From Bilabrum cf. latius (lineage: Eukaryota): DNA of 64,000 nucleotides. The first letter of the stretch is position 1, and each line of letters begins with the position of its first letter. The notes below the pieces were generated by a model, which was not told where the DNA came from, searched no databases, and worked only from the letters and a program-made list of their open reading frames with translations. The position numbers and the translations under genes are program-made. Below, in pieces: positions 1-10,458 of this stretch. Location of the stretch: assembly GCA_965178125.1 (NCBI GenBank), contig OZ237757.1, positions 806,001 to 870,000 of the forward strand. The letters are read 5' to 3'.

Positions 1-2
1 CC

Positions 3-3000
3 AGGCAGAAGCAAGCACACGCTTTGAGAGCGGCAGGGAGCGGTGGAGGGATGGGCAGCAGCACAGCAACAGCTGGTATGGACGGCTTTGAGGCGCTCGC
101 CGAGGCCCTCTAGGCCGACGATGATGAGGAACAGGAAGATGCACACACGCACGGGCAAGGGAACACCAGGCCTGGGCAAGCGCGGGTCACCTCTGCCGCG
201 AGTGACGTCATGCGTGTGGTGGGTGCGAGTCACGAGCCGCAGGAGACGGAACGGGCTCTGGGCCGCGAGCAGGCGCGAGTGGCGTGGGCGCTTGCGGCCC
301 CCGCCGAGAGGATGTGCCGGCTGGGGGGGTAGGGCCTAAGCGCGCTGGCGGCCTGCAAGCGGGCGGTGTTTGCGACTGTGGACGAGGCCGCCGCCTGGCT
401 GGGTCACGCGCGGCAGCTGCTGCAGGGGATAAAGAGCAGCAGCGACAGAGGGCAGGGTGCGGTCAGGGGGCACAAGGGTTCGTGGGGGCGGGCTGTCGAG
501 ACCAAGCCAAGCACGGGTGCAGGCGCGGGCACAGGTGCAGGCGCGAGTGCAGACCAGTCGCTGTACCATCGCGCGCTTCATTTCGACTATATCATGCTGG
601 ACGATGCGAGCGGTATCACCCGGGAAGAGGTGCTGCCAGCACTGGCGGCGTGCCATCTCGCTTCACAGCTGAGTCAGGGAACACGTGGTGAGTCAGGTGC
701 GGGCACCAGGGTGGGACTCACTCACGGCAGCACGGCTGCAGCGGCAGCCGCCGCAACCAGCGCGACAGGTGCACCTGCAGGCACCCTCCCGGGGATGCCG
801 ACGCTGATCCTGGCGGGGGACCCTCGTCAGCTGGGGCCCGTAATCCACGACCGGCTGGCGGAGCTGGCGGGGGCGGGTGTCTCGCTGCTTGAGAGGATGC
901 TGGGGGCAGGGTACAAATTCAGTGCCACAAGCAGCAGCAGCTCAGGTGATGGATCACAAGACGACAAAGAACCTCTGCAGCAGCATTCCATCCAGGCCTT
1001 CCCGAGAGGAGTGTGGATGCAAGGGACAGTAGGCGTGGCTCACCTGACTACGAACCACAGAGCTGCCCCCGTGCTGGCTGCGTTGACCAAGCACCTCGCT
1101 CAGAATGAGGTAGGTGCAGCAGGCGATGCAGAGCGCGAGCAGACACACATGCAGGCACAGAAATAGCCTTCGCGAATCCCGCCCACCGGCAGGGAAGCAG
1201 CTGTTTGCAGTGCACTGCATGCGGTGCTCGTCCAGGGACCAGCCAGCGAAGCGGGTCATGCATAGGATGACGATGATGCACAGAAGCACTCGGCCGTGTA
1301 GCCCGTCACGATGGACGATCTGGACGAGCTGGAGGAGGAGCTCTTCGGAGATGGGCCCAAACGGGCTGCCGGAGGACCGCCGGTATCTGAATCTGAATCA
1401 GCACAAGAAGAATACGATGATATCGGGGCCCCTGTCGATGCCGATGATGCTGCAACCCAGGCAGCCCTGGATCTGCTCGCGCCGGGATCCCCCACCAGGC
1501 CTGCAAACGAAGAAGAGGCTGGTGCTGATGCAAGCGCCGAGGCAGAGACGGAGCCTTAGGTTAAAGACTAGCACGGCGAAACAAAGGCAAAAGAAGGAGA
1601 CGATACCCAGCGTACTAGTCTAGACGTCCGAGCGGCGCGAAAAGCGCGCAAGGAGAGGAGGCGGGCTGTCGCGGCAGCAGCCACCACGTCGGGTTGGGGA
1701 GGCAGGCAGTCCCTCCCGCAAAGCGACTCCGACTCGGAATCTGATTCCGAGTCCAACGGCGGCGGCGAGGACGGTGCCGCGGAAGAGGCGAAGAAGCAAG
1801 GGCCGATCAAGTACGCGCAGCCCGCTGCCGGGTCCTCGTCGTCGACTGCCGCCGGGTACAGCTCCATACCAGGCGCATTGCATGCAAGTGCGGGCGATGG
1901 CGCGTCCAGCAGCGGATGGGCAACGAGGGGGCAGACCCCTGCTTCGGGTAGCGGGTCAGTTCCCACATCTCCAGTGAGCGGTGGCAGCGGTGCGGGTGCG
2001 GGTGCTGGTGTGGACAGCTAGGGGGAGGAGGACAAAGATGAGGAGGGCATCGGCGAGAGTCATAGCGAAGAGGAGGACAAGCAGGAGGATAAGGGGCCTG
2101 GGGCGTTGCCCGAAGAGGAGGGCGCTGCGCTGCGGCTGCTTCGCGACCTATGCAAGTGCTGGCCGGCAACGGGCCGGCGCGTGATATAGGCACTGCGAGA
2201 AGCCATGCAGGCAGCAGGAAAGAAGGGGGGCAGTGGGAGCGAACATGGGGCGCTTTCGCTTTCTGGGTCTCGCGCAAAGGATGGAGGTTTTGGCGCAAAT
2301 ACCGAGCCACATATGCCTGGGTCTGCATCTGAGTCAGGACTGCTCTTTGGGGGTGCGTCTGGCGTCACCGGGGGCATGCCTGGGCTGGGTGGGCTCGGGC
2401 TCGGCGGCGGCGCGGTGGGCGGGGGCTTCGATGCGATGCCTGCGGGCATGCTGAGCTCCTTGGGACAATCCGCGGGGTCTATGCCCGGCATTGGCGGCAC
2501 GGGTGGGGGAGGCGGCCAAACGTCAAAACTAGAGATCGTGGACCAGGATTCGGGCGAGGCAAATGCGGGGAAACAAGGCGCAATGTTGGTGCATTTCTGC
2601 TCTGCGGCGGCAGATGCTGATGGCTGCAGAATCTCCACCAACCCATCGATGGCCAAACATGGCGACCCCACCGCCAAGCAGATTGCGAGAGACGTCGCAA
2701 GGATCGTGCACAAGTCGCTGCAAGCAGCCGAAGCGGCAAATAAGCGAGCACAAGAGGAGGAAGACAAGGAAGCAGATGCCCGCCAGAATGGGCTTGTTCC
2801 CCAGGGAACACAATCGAACGTCTCTGCGCCCCTGTCATCGTCTCCTTGGGACACAGCGTACTCCACCGGTGGACCCCCAACCCAGTCAGGAGGCGTGTCG
2901 TCAGGACTGGGCATAGGGGCCCGGCACCTGCAGGGCGGATTGGGCGGGCTGTCTGCGGGTCCGTTCGGGGGCGGTGGCAGCGGCAACGGCGCCTCACCAG

Positions 3001-5738
3001 CCGTGAGTCCGTTCGGGGGCAGCCCGTTCGACGAGTCCCCGTTCGGGTCTGGCTTTGACGAGACAAACGCCTGGAGGACGCTGCAGGAGCAGGGGCCGCA
3101 AGGCGCGACGCAGATGGGAATACAGCCACGAGGCCAGCAATGGGACCTGCAGCGTGCAATGCATCAGCCGGCGGCACAGGCGCCACAGCAGGCCCAGCCA
3201 CAAGGCCAGAGCAGAAGCCCACCCAAGGATGGGCCTGGGGCGCACTCGTCACGCTTCAAGGCGCTTAGCGTGGCCGTGGTCTCGGCTTCACAGGCGCAGC
3301 GTGACGCTATCCGAGATGCACTGCGCGAGCGGATTGGCGGAGCAGATCCGCGCATTGGCCGGGTGATAGTCGCTGCACCGGACCAGCTAGAAGGAGTTGA
3401 AGCCGACCTGGTGCTGGTGGCCGCATCCCCGGCCTATGTGTTCGCTGAGGACCACATAGGTATGGAGAGGGCCGCTGCAGCCAGTGGAGACGGGGCAGGG
3501 ACAGGGACAGGCGGGGAGGACGCTGTTGCTGTGCATGGAATGGTGGAGGACTTGGCGACTAGCCCGGAGCTGGCACTGCTGCAGGACGAGAGACGGGCCC
3601 ATGCGGCCATCTCTCGCGCCAAGTTCGGCCTGGTGCTGGTGTGCGACCCTCGGGCGCTCATGCACGACGCCCACTGGGCCGCTTGCGTGGCGTATGCGGC
3701 GTGCCTAGGCGGGCTGCGGGCACGTGCCGCCAGGCCACTGCCCCGACCCAGCCGCAGACGGCACGTCGCGCTCAGGCAGAGCGCGGGGGCAGCCGACGGG
3801 GCGTACAGGAGCGGTGACTCGCTGTCCTTGCACCAGCCCGAGCGGTCTGCAGCAGCAGCAGCAGCGGTGGCGATGCACAGCAAGGCAGAGCCGGATAAGC
3901 ACGCGCGGGCTGCGTTCAACCCCAAGCTGGCATCGCCACCCACAGGCATGGCCGGTTGGGTGAAGCTGGTGGTGGCGGTAGTCGCAGAGATGGGCGGGCG
4001 CACCACAGGTGCGAGCGTGGGCGGCTTTCAGCTGCGAAGGAGCAGGCAGTCGCTCGCGCGGGCCCTCAAGGCATGGAGCCCGGACAAGAAGCTGGGCGTG
4101 GTGGTGCACAGGGCACAGACACTGGGGTACCTCAAGACCACGGGGAGCGTGGACGAGATGGTCATCACCCACAAGGGCAGGTCGCTCCTGACTGGCAAAG
4201 GGGCGATGGCGATGGCAGCATCAGGGGCAGGGGCAGGGGCAGGCAGGGACAGCGAGGGGCCGCAGAGGCGCGCTGGCACCGGGCCTGTGGTGGACCCTCG
4301 GTTTTCTGCGGGGGTGGAGGAGGGCGGTCTCGAGAGGGCACGGAGCTCGCCACCGGTTGCAACCACCGGGGGCCTGCGGGTGGAAGTGGCGGCGGGTGCG
4401 GCCTCGGGGACGGGGGGCGGCGGCGGGAGCGGGCTGCCGAGGAGCCATTCTGCGACGGAGGCGGGCGTATCCAAGGCGCGGGGCAGGCTGGGAGGAGCAG
4501 GGGCATCCGCGCCCATGGATACACTAGAGGACTGGCGGTGGACCGTGCTGATGGCGGTGGCAGACAGGGGCGGGCGGGCCCCCATCATCGAGGTGGCCAA
4601 TGCGTTCAACGCGCGCGCCAAAGAGAGCATGAAAAACTCCCTGGCGAGGGTCAGCCCGGGTTCTACGATCGCCAAGACGCTCACTGGCATGACGAAGACG
4701 GGCATGCTCGTCAGCAGGGCGGATAAACAGTTAGAGGTGCCGAGGGCCACGATGGAGGATCTGCGGGGGAACAAGGGGGTGGGCAAAGCGGCGATCGCTG
4801 GGTCGGCGGCCTCCTCAGCGACGCGGGCGCCCACGGGCGGTGCCGCTGCACGTGGCACGCCGCCGCCCCCGCCGCCGCCGCCGTCCACGGCGCCGCCCGG
4901 TACCGGATCAGGTTCCGCAGCAAGCGCGGCGCCGCGCATCCCCGTCGGGCTGCCCTCCACGACCATCGAGTGGCGCGAGCAGGTGCTGGCCATCCTGCGG
5001 GAGCAGGGCCCCTGGATCACGCTTGCCAGGCTAGGCGTGCTCTACCAGGTCAAGCACCGGGCCGGGCTGCGGGCCGCGCTGCAGGCGATCAAGCCGGCGA
5101 TCAAGCCGAAGGGGGAGGTGGAGGGGATGATCAAGAGGGGCCTGGTCCGCGTGAGGGGGCACGGGATGGGGGCAGAGCTGGCCATCGGGGAGGGTGCAGC
5201 GCACGGGGGTGAAGAGCCAGGAGCCGCGCGAGGGGCGACCGGCGGGGCCAAGTCCCGGAGCAGTGCATCATCGCACAGCAGCAGCAGCAGCAGCAGCAGC
5301 GCCGGGCCCAAGCACATTCTCAGCTGGAATGCGCTCAAGGGTGGGGCCACCGGTACTGGTGCCGGTGCCGGTGCCGGGCCAGCGCGCGCGCCTTCCTCTT
5401 CAGCCTCCAGTAGGGCGGGTGCAGAAGCTGCCGGTGCCAGGCCCGGTCTCAAGCACGGCGCGAAGACCGCAGCCGCTTCCACCGCGGCAGCCTCTAGGAG
5501 TGCGTCTGACTGGCAGGCGCTCGTGTGCAGGCTCATGCGAGGACTGGGGCCGAACGTGCCTGCTGCGCGCATAGGCATCGCGTACAAGCAAAAGTTCGGC
5601 GAGAAGATCGCCCGTGCCATGGCGAACGACGGAGTGAGCATGCCGGGGGTGCTCGGTGCCATCGTCAGGGCTGGCAAGATAAAGGTATCCGGGGGCAAGG
5701 GAGAGCACGCCAGGTACTCGCTGCAAGCTGCACATTAA
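3..5738 (+). CDS. 5'-partial UPF1/MOV10/DNA2-like superfamily 1 helicase (degenerate motifs) with four C-terminal winged-helix/LOTUS-like repeats; needs TAG read-through
   Basis: One frame runs from the window edge to TAA 5736-5738. It is interrupted only by TAG (111, 330, 1164, 1263, 1299, 1557, 1569, 2019, 2187). SF1 motifs occur in the correct order on both sides of the TAGs: DYIMLDDAS, LILAGDPRQLGPVI, SLLERM, LTTNHR, then VAVVSASQAQ, PDQLEGVEADLV, DERRAHAAISRAKFGLVLVCD. Confidence 0.8.
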
Positions 5739-6085
5739 GAACGCAATAGTGCATACCGGTTTACCGCTGGTATGCGTGATTGTGAGTGCAGGGGCCGTGG
5801 TAGCCGTCGCGGTTTCGCGAGTCTGCCACAGCAGCCGTGCTTTGGCACACAATGCTCAAGCGCTTGGAGGGTTCCCGGAGTTTGCATGCACACTATAGCA
5901 CGATTATCAACAAAACAAAACACCCCGCCGATCGCAATTAGGATCAGGGTAGTCCTTTCAGCTGCATGATAGTGGATCATCGGACCTGGATCGGGTTCCG
6001 GACGGAAGCAGAGTTTCCTTGCAACCCCACGCCCTCACTAGTGGCTCACAAAGCGTTTGCTGGGATCACACAGAAGCATCTTCGT

Positions 6086-8068
6086 ATGCAAATTAAATCT
6101 GGTGCCGCAATCCTATTTTTTGCGAGCTTGCCGCCGTTGCAAGCTGCAGTTGCAGCAACAACGAACAGAACAGTGTTCGTTGACGCGCAAGCCAAGCCAA
6201 ATAGTACTGTCCCAGAGGACTTTCTCGGATTCAGGTGAGATGCAAAACAATTTTTGAGTGTGTTCGGTGATCTATGCTGGTACAGCTTGTTGTGCTGGCC
6301 ATGCATACCTTCAGATCCTCGCAGCTCCAATTGGATCAACTACCCCGGCCTCGTAGGCAACGAGACTAAGGACTACCCGGGTCAGTCATGGTTTGTCCCG
6401 ATTCTGCAGAATTTATAGCCATGCCGGGACTGTGCCGGGCCGCTCATTCGCATTAATGGAGACGGCCAGGCACCATTTTGGGGCGAGGGATGGAAGGACA
6501 AGCGGCCTCCCGAGTGGGGCTCCAACGCCGGCTACAACGTGTCTGCAGCTGCTGCAATCGCAATAGGAAAGGCTGTTCATGAGCTCAACTCATCCATAGT
6601 GGTGGGCTTGCCTTTTTAGGTTTTATTCACGCATTTCGAGAAGCAGCCGTACAACGCGTGCCTCGCCGTCTAGATGGCATAGGGGGTCCGCTAGCAGCTG
6701 GATTGCATACCCGGCGGGAGCTCGATTCGTATGCGACTTGAAGTTGGCAAGTGAGTTCAGCTTCTTCGCGCAGCGTGCAGCCCTGGTGCATGAGCCAGCA
6801 TCTCGTCTAGACGCTGCAAACCCTTGCTGGCTTGGATTATACCTGCCCCGTCTGTTTTTTCCTGCATCTCTCACAGCGAGCCAGACATTGACGGACCCAG
6901 GCTGGATTTCTACCACGACGAGCAGGGCTGGGAAGACCAGTGGACCGCATTTGCGACCAACTTGACCTCCTCGAAGGTCATCGCCGGGAGCTGCTCCACC
7001 GGTGGATCCGGCCCCTCCTTCCAGCCAGACGACATTGTCGGCGCCGTGTGGGCGAGCTGCAGCTGGTGCAAGTACGCCGGCGACTACGTGTCGCGCAGGG
7101 GCTCACTGCTGGGCGAAGTGAACGTTCACTGGTACCCCTTGATCAAGGGTTCCAAGCCGGGGATGGGCGACCTCCTCAGCGACATGGCCTCCCTGGGCAG
7201 CCTTAGGTACCACGGGTACGATGTGGCCGCCCAGCACGTCAGATCCCAGGGCAAGCGATTCACCATACGGGAGTCCAACAACATCAACATGGGCGGGATG
7301 CCCGGCGTTTCGGACCGATTCGGAGCGGCGCTGTGGGCCGTGGATGCTCTGTTCTCCGCGGCGTCGATCGGGTCCAGCACCTGGCACTTCAACACGGGCA
7401 CGGGCTGCGGCACCGACTCCGAGGGCACGCCGTACGCACCGTTCTGCGTGGACTTGTCGAAGGGATGGGGCCCGGGGCCGCGCGTGGGTCCCCCCCAGGT
7501 GAGGCCGGCCTTCTACGGTATCATCGCATTCGCGCGCGCTGCTCTGCAGGACGGTGGGGGCGAGTCGGCGATGCCGCTCGTGCAGACGATGCAGTACAAC
7601 TTCGGTGACAACGTCGTCGTGTGGGCCGTTCGCCGCCGGGGGAACAAGTGGGACGGGCTGGGTGCCTCCAGGCAAGTGCTCGTCGTGGTGGTCGCAAACA
7701 AGAATTTGGTGTCCATGCCCGGCCAGCCCGACGCGCCCGCCGCCACGAACGTCTCCATCTGCGTGCGGGGCGCCTCAATACAAGCCCACGGCCAGCACCA
7801 TGGGCAGCGTGGGGTGGACGGTTCCGGGTCCGATCCCACCAAGCCCTGGCTGGAATGGATGCAGGCATCCAAGGGAGCAGGTTCGGCCGACGGTGTCACG
7901 CTCGCGGGGCAGACGTTCGACGGTACGGAGGACGGGAGGCCCACAGGGCCCGTGCACCGCGAGCCGGTGCAGCCGTCGGCCCCTGGCGTGTGCGCCGAGG
8001 GCCTGCTGGGGCTGATGGTGCCCGCCCCAGCGGAGACCGCTGCCTTCGTGTACATCCCGCTCGACTGA
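6086..8068 (+). CDS. Secreted glycoside hydrolase family 79-like protein (beta-glucuronidase/heparanase-like); 3 exons ~6086-6234, ~6325-6750, 6877-8068
   Basis: Signal-peptide-like N-terminus, then VPEDFLGFS and GPLIRING. The acid/base motif EVGN/EPD is rebuilt by splicing. Downstream: VHWYP, nucleophile region IRESNN, GMPGVSDRFGAALWAVD, VRPAFYG. Exon 2 has 5 in-frame TAGs (6416, 6617, 6671, 6680, 6692). Ends in TGA. Confidence 0.85.
6235..6324 (+). other. Spliceosomal intron 1 of the GH79 gene (alternative in-phase acceptor at 6285)
   Basis: GTGAGA donor and CCTCGCAG acceptor, phase 2. Removes an in-frame TGA and gives DFLGFSSNW. Confidence 0.65.
6751..6876 (+). other. Spliceosomal intron 2 of the GH79 gene
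   Basis: GTGAGT donor, pyrimidine tract, TCACAG acceptor. Splicing restores the catalytic GNEPD motif. Confidence 0.9.
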
Positions 8069-8164
8069 GGCATCCAATGGGCGGATGGGTCCTGCGGGGT
8101 CAGGGGTTGGCCTGATGGATTGGCTTTCTAGCGCCCTGTGTGACGAGTGCGAATAGATGCTTCG

Positions 8165-8243
8165 GCTGGTGGTGGCCTTGATGCTTGCGTCTGACTCTGC
8201 TTTGCCAATTTTCGAATCGCTTTCATCTTCCAGCAGCAGTGCT
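8165..8243. repeat. ~75-bp dispersed repeat, copy 1 (copy 2 at 10351-10433)
   Basis: Shared core TTGATGCTTGCGTCTGACTCTGCT(T/A)T(G/A)CCAATTTTCGAATCGCTTTCATCTTCCAGCA. Confidence 0.9.
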
Positions 8244-8339
8244 GCAGCCAGCACCATTACCGCGCCGTCATTTTGGCCGTCGCCCAAAGAGCTCTGGTCC
8301 TACAGGTTCACTTTAGCTTGTGTGGCACATGTCCTGAGC

Positions 8340-9938
8340 TCACTCGTTGTCAACCACCACCTCCGCGTCATGCGAGACATGAATGCTGTGCACCCGAACC
8401 AGGTCAACCCGACCGTTCCCATTGCCAGCACACAGGTAGTAGGGCCCCGCCTATTTACCTGGAGGCAGCTTCTCTTCCAGCACGTGCTCAGTGCCCCGGA
8501 CGACCACCACCAACCGACCTTTCACGGTGCCGTCGCCAAGCTCCAGGCGAATAGTGACATCCTCGTCAGCGGCGACCTTCCTTGCCTCTACTTTGGTACT
8601 AGTTCGCCCACGCGATCCCTTCAGCACCTCGCCATTTCGCGCCCATAGCAGAGACTTGTTGCCATTGTCCCACCTGTTCCCAATCTGCTGCCTGGTGCCC
8701 CATGCCACGCCGTACTCCATATCTACCCTAGTTCCGTTCTCCTCTCGACCAGACATGACCGCCTCCATCGTGCCGCTGCGGATGCCCACACCAAAGTGCG
8801 TGTCACGACCAGACGCAGCGACTCGAACCGTCATAGGATCCCCGTCGATAGCCGCGCATCCGTTCGTGCCCGACCACCGCATCGCATCGCCCACCAGTGA
8901 CACCGAGTGCATTCGGCCAGGGAAAAGGCCAGCAGGCAGAGGTTTACCGAGACGTATGTCAGCATCGATGCTTGCACCGGCCATGGCACGCTGCACATCC
9001 GCAGGCAGCCGATGCAGCCTAACGGCACTCGTCGCTACACCAGCGTGACGCATACCTGCAGCGATAGAGCGCGCGACCACTCTCGCCATCTTATCCCGCG
9101 CGCCTGGTGCCCCTGGATCCATCTGTAGCATCTCATGAAGGCCCTCTAGTCCCATCGCGGCGTATGGAATGACGGCCCACGCCCACTCGTCACACCTGAA
9201 ACAGCCGCGGAGAGCGGTGGCTACGGTCGCGGCGCTCTCTTCGACCGCTTCCCTCACGCGCACAGCGGCTTCAGCATGCAGCCGACGGGGCTCCACGCCC
9301 CGTTCAAGCGCAGCCCGCACGTCCTGCACGGCCTCTTCCACCATGCCAAACATTTCAAAGGGCCCGAGGTCGCGGAGGAGCCGCCCCACCATCTCCAGCT
9401 GCTCCTCCGCGCTCTCACGGAAGCGCTCGGTGACGCCATAGTGGGCCCTTGCTGCTTCCTTCGACGTGTTTATACACCTACGCAGCAGCGACGCGAGCTC
9501 ATTCACGGCCGTCACCACGTTGTCATGAGCCTCTATCGAGACCAGAGCCCCCTCGGCAGCCATCAGGCAGGGTGGGCTTGCAGCACCGCTGCCGCAACTG
9601 GCGCCAGCGCTCGCGCCAGCCCCCGAAGCTGCTCCTGCGCCAGCGGCCGCGCCAGCATCTCCGCCTTCACCACCGGTCAGACCACTGGCAGCAGCGCCGG
9701 TCGCCTCGCCGCCCTAGCCCTCGCCCTCGCCCTCGCCCTCTCCACCGGCAGTCGCTCGCCGATCATCCTCCAGTGTCTCCCGCAGTTTTTGCAGGATTGC
9801 AGGCTTTCTCGCCGCGAACTCAAGCAATGCGACATCTTGGGCTTTGGTGGGCACTCCGGGGGCTGTACCTGCCTCGGTATCCGTCGATTCGCAGACTCCT
9901 GCTGCCTGGGGATGCGCAGCGGTTGTGTCCATTGCCAT
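8340..9938 (-). CDS. Hypothetical protein: helical/coiled-coil N-half and possible SPRY/B30.2-like C-terminal domain
   Basis: ORFs 9714-9980 and 8451-9563 share a frame and are joined through TAG 9714. Reading through TAG 8451 extends to TGA at 8340 (..KLPPGK*AGPYYLCAG..). The beta-rich end (HFGVGI, VTIRLELGDG..GRLVVVVRG, GPYYLCA) is SPRY-like. The start could instead be 9980. Confidence 0.65.
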
Positions 9939-10350
9939 ATTCGCTACGAGGCGAAGAGAGAAAAATTGGGGGTGCATCATAACACAACGTTAACACTTTG
10001 AGTATGAGTGCTACTACATGCGGCGAACAGCGCTGCAAAGCCGCCAAAGTGGCAGCGACGGCCCGGCTTCCAGGGTTTGGACACAGTGGACAATCCCCTG
10101 CGACAATCCCCTGCTAGTACTTTTCGGCACGGGGCACTTCATCTCGTCTACTAGCCAGCTAGGCATACCACTATTTTACTGCCATTTCTTCCCGTTACTC
10201 ACGGAATTCTAAATTCAGGGCTCCTTCTGAACCGGGTAAAATGTCGCGTTGGATCCGTGGCAGGCGCGGAAGCTTCCGTGACGTGCACGCAACAATACGG
10301 AAAAACAGATTGCGTGACACGAGCGGCTAGCCGCGCTTGCGTCTTGCTCT

Positions 10351-10433
10351 GCTAGTGGTGGCCTCGCTTGATGCTTGCGTCTGACTCTGCTATACCAATT
10401 TTCGAATCGCTTTCATCTTCCAGCACTGGTGCT
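10351..10433. repeat. ~75-bp dispersed repeat, copy 2
   Basis: Near-identical to 8165-8243, same orientation, with a small indel near one end. Confidence 0.9.
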
Positions 10434-10458
10434 ACCACCACCGTCGGTGTCCTCGTCG

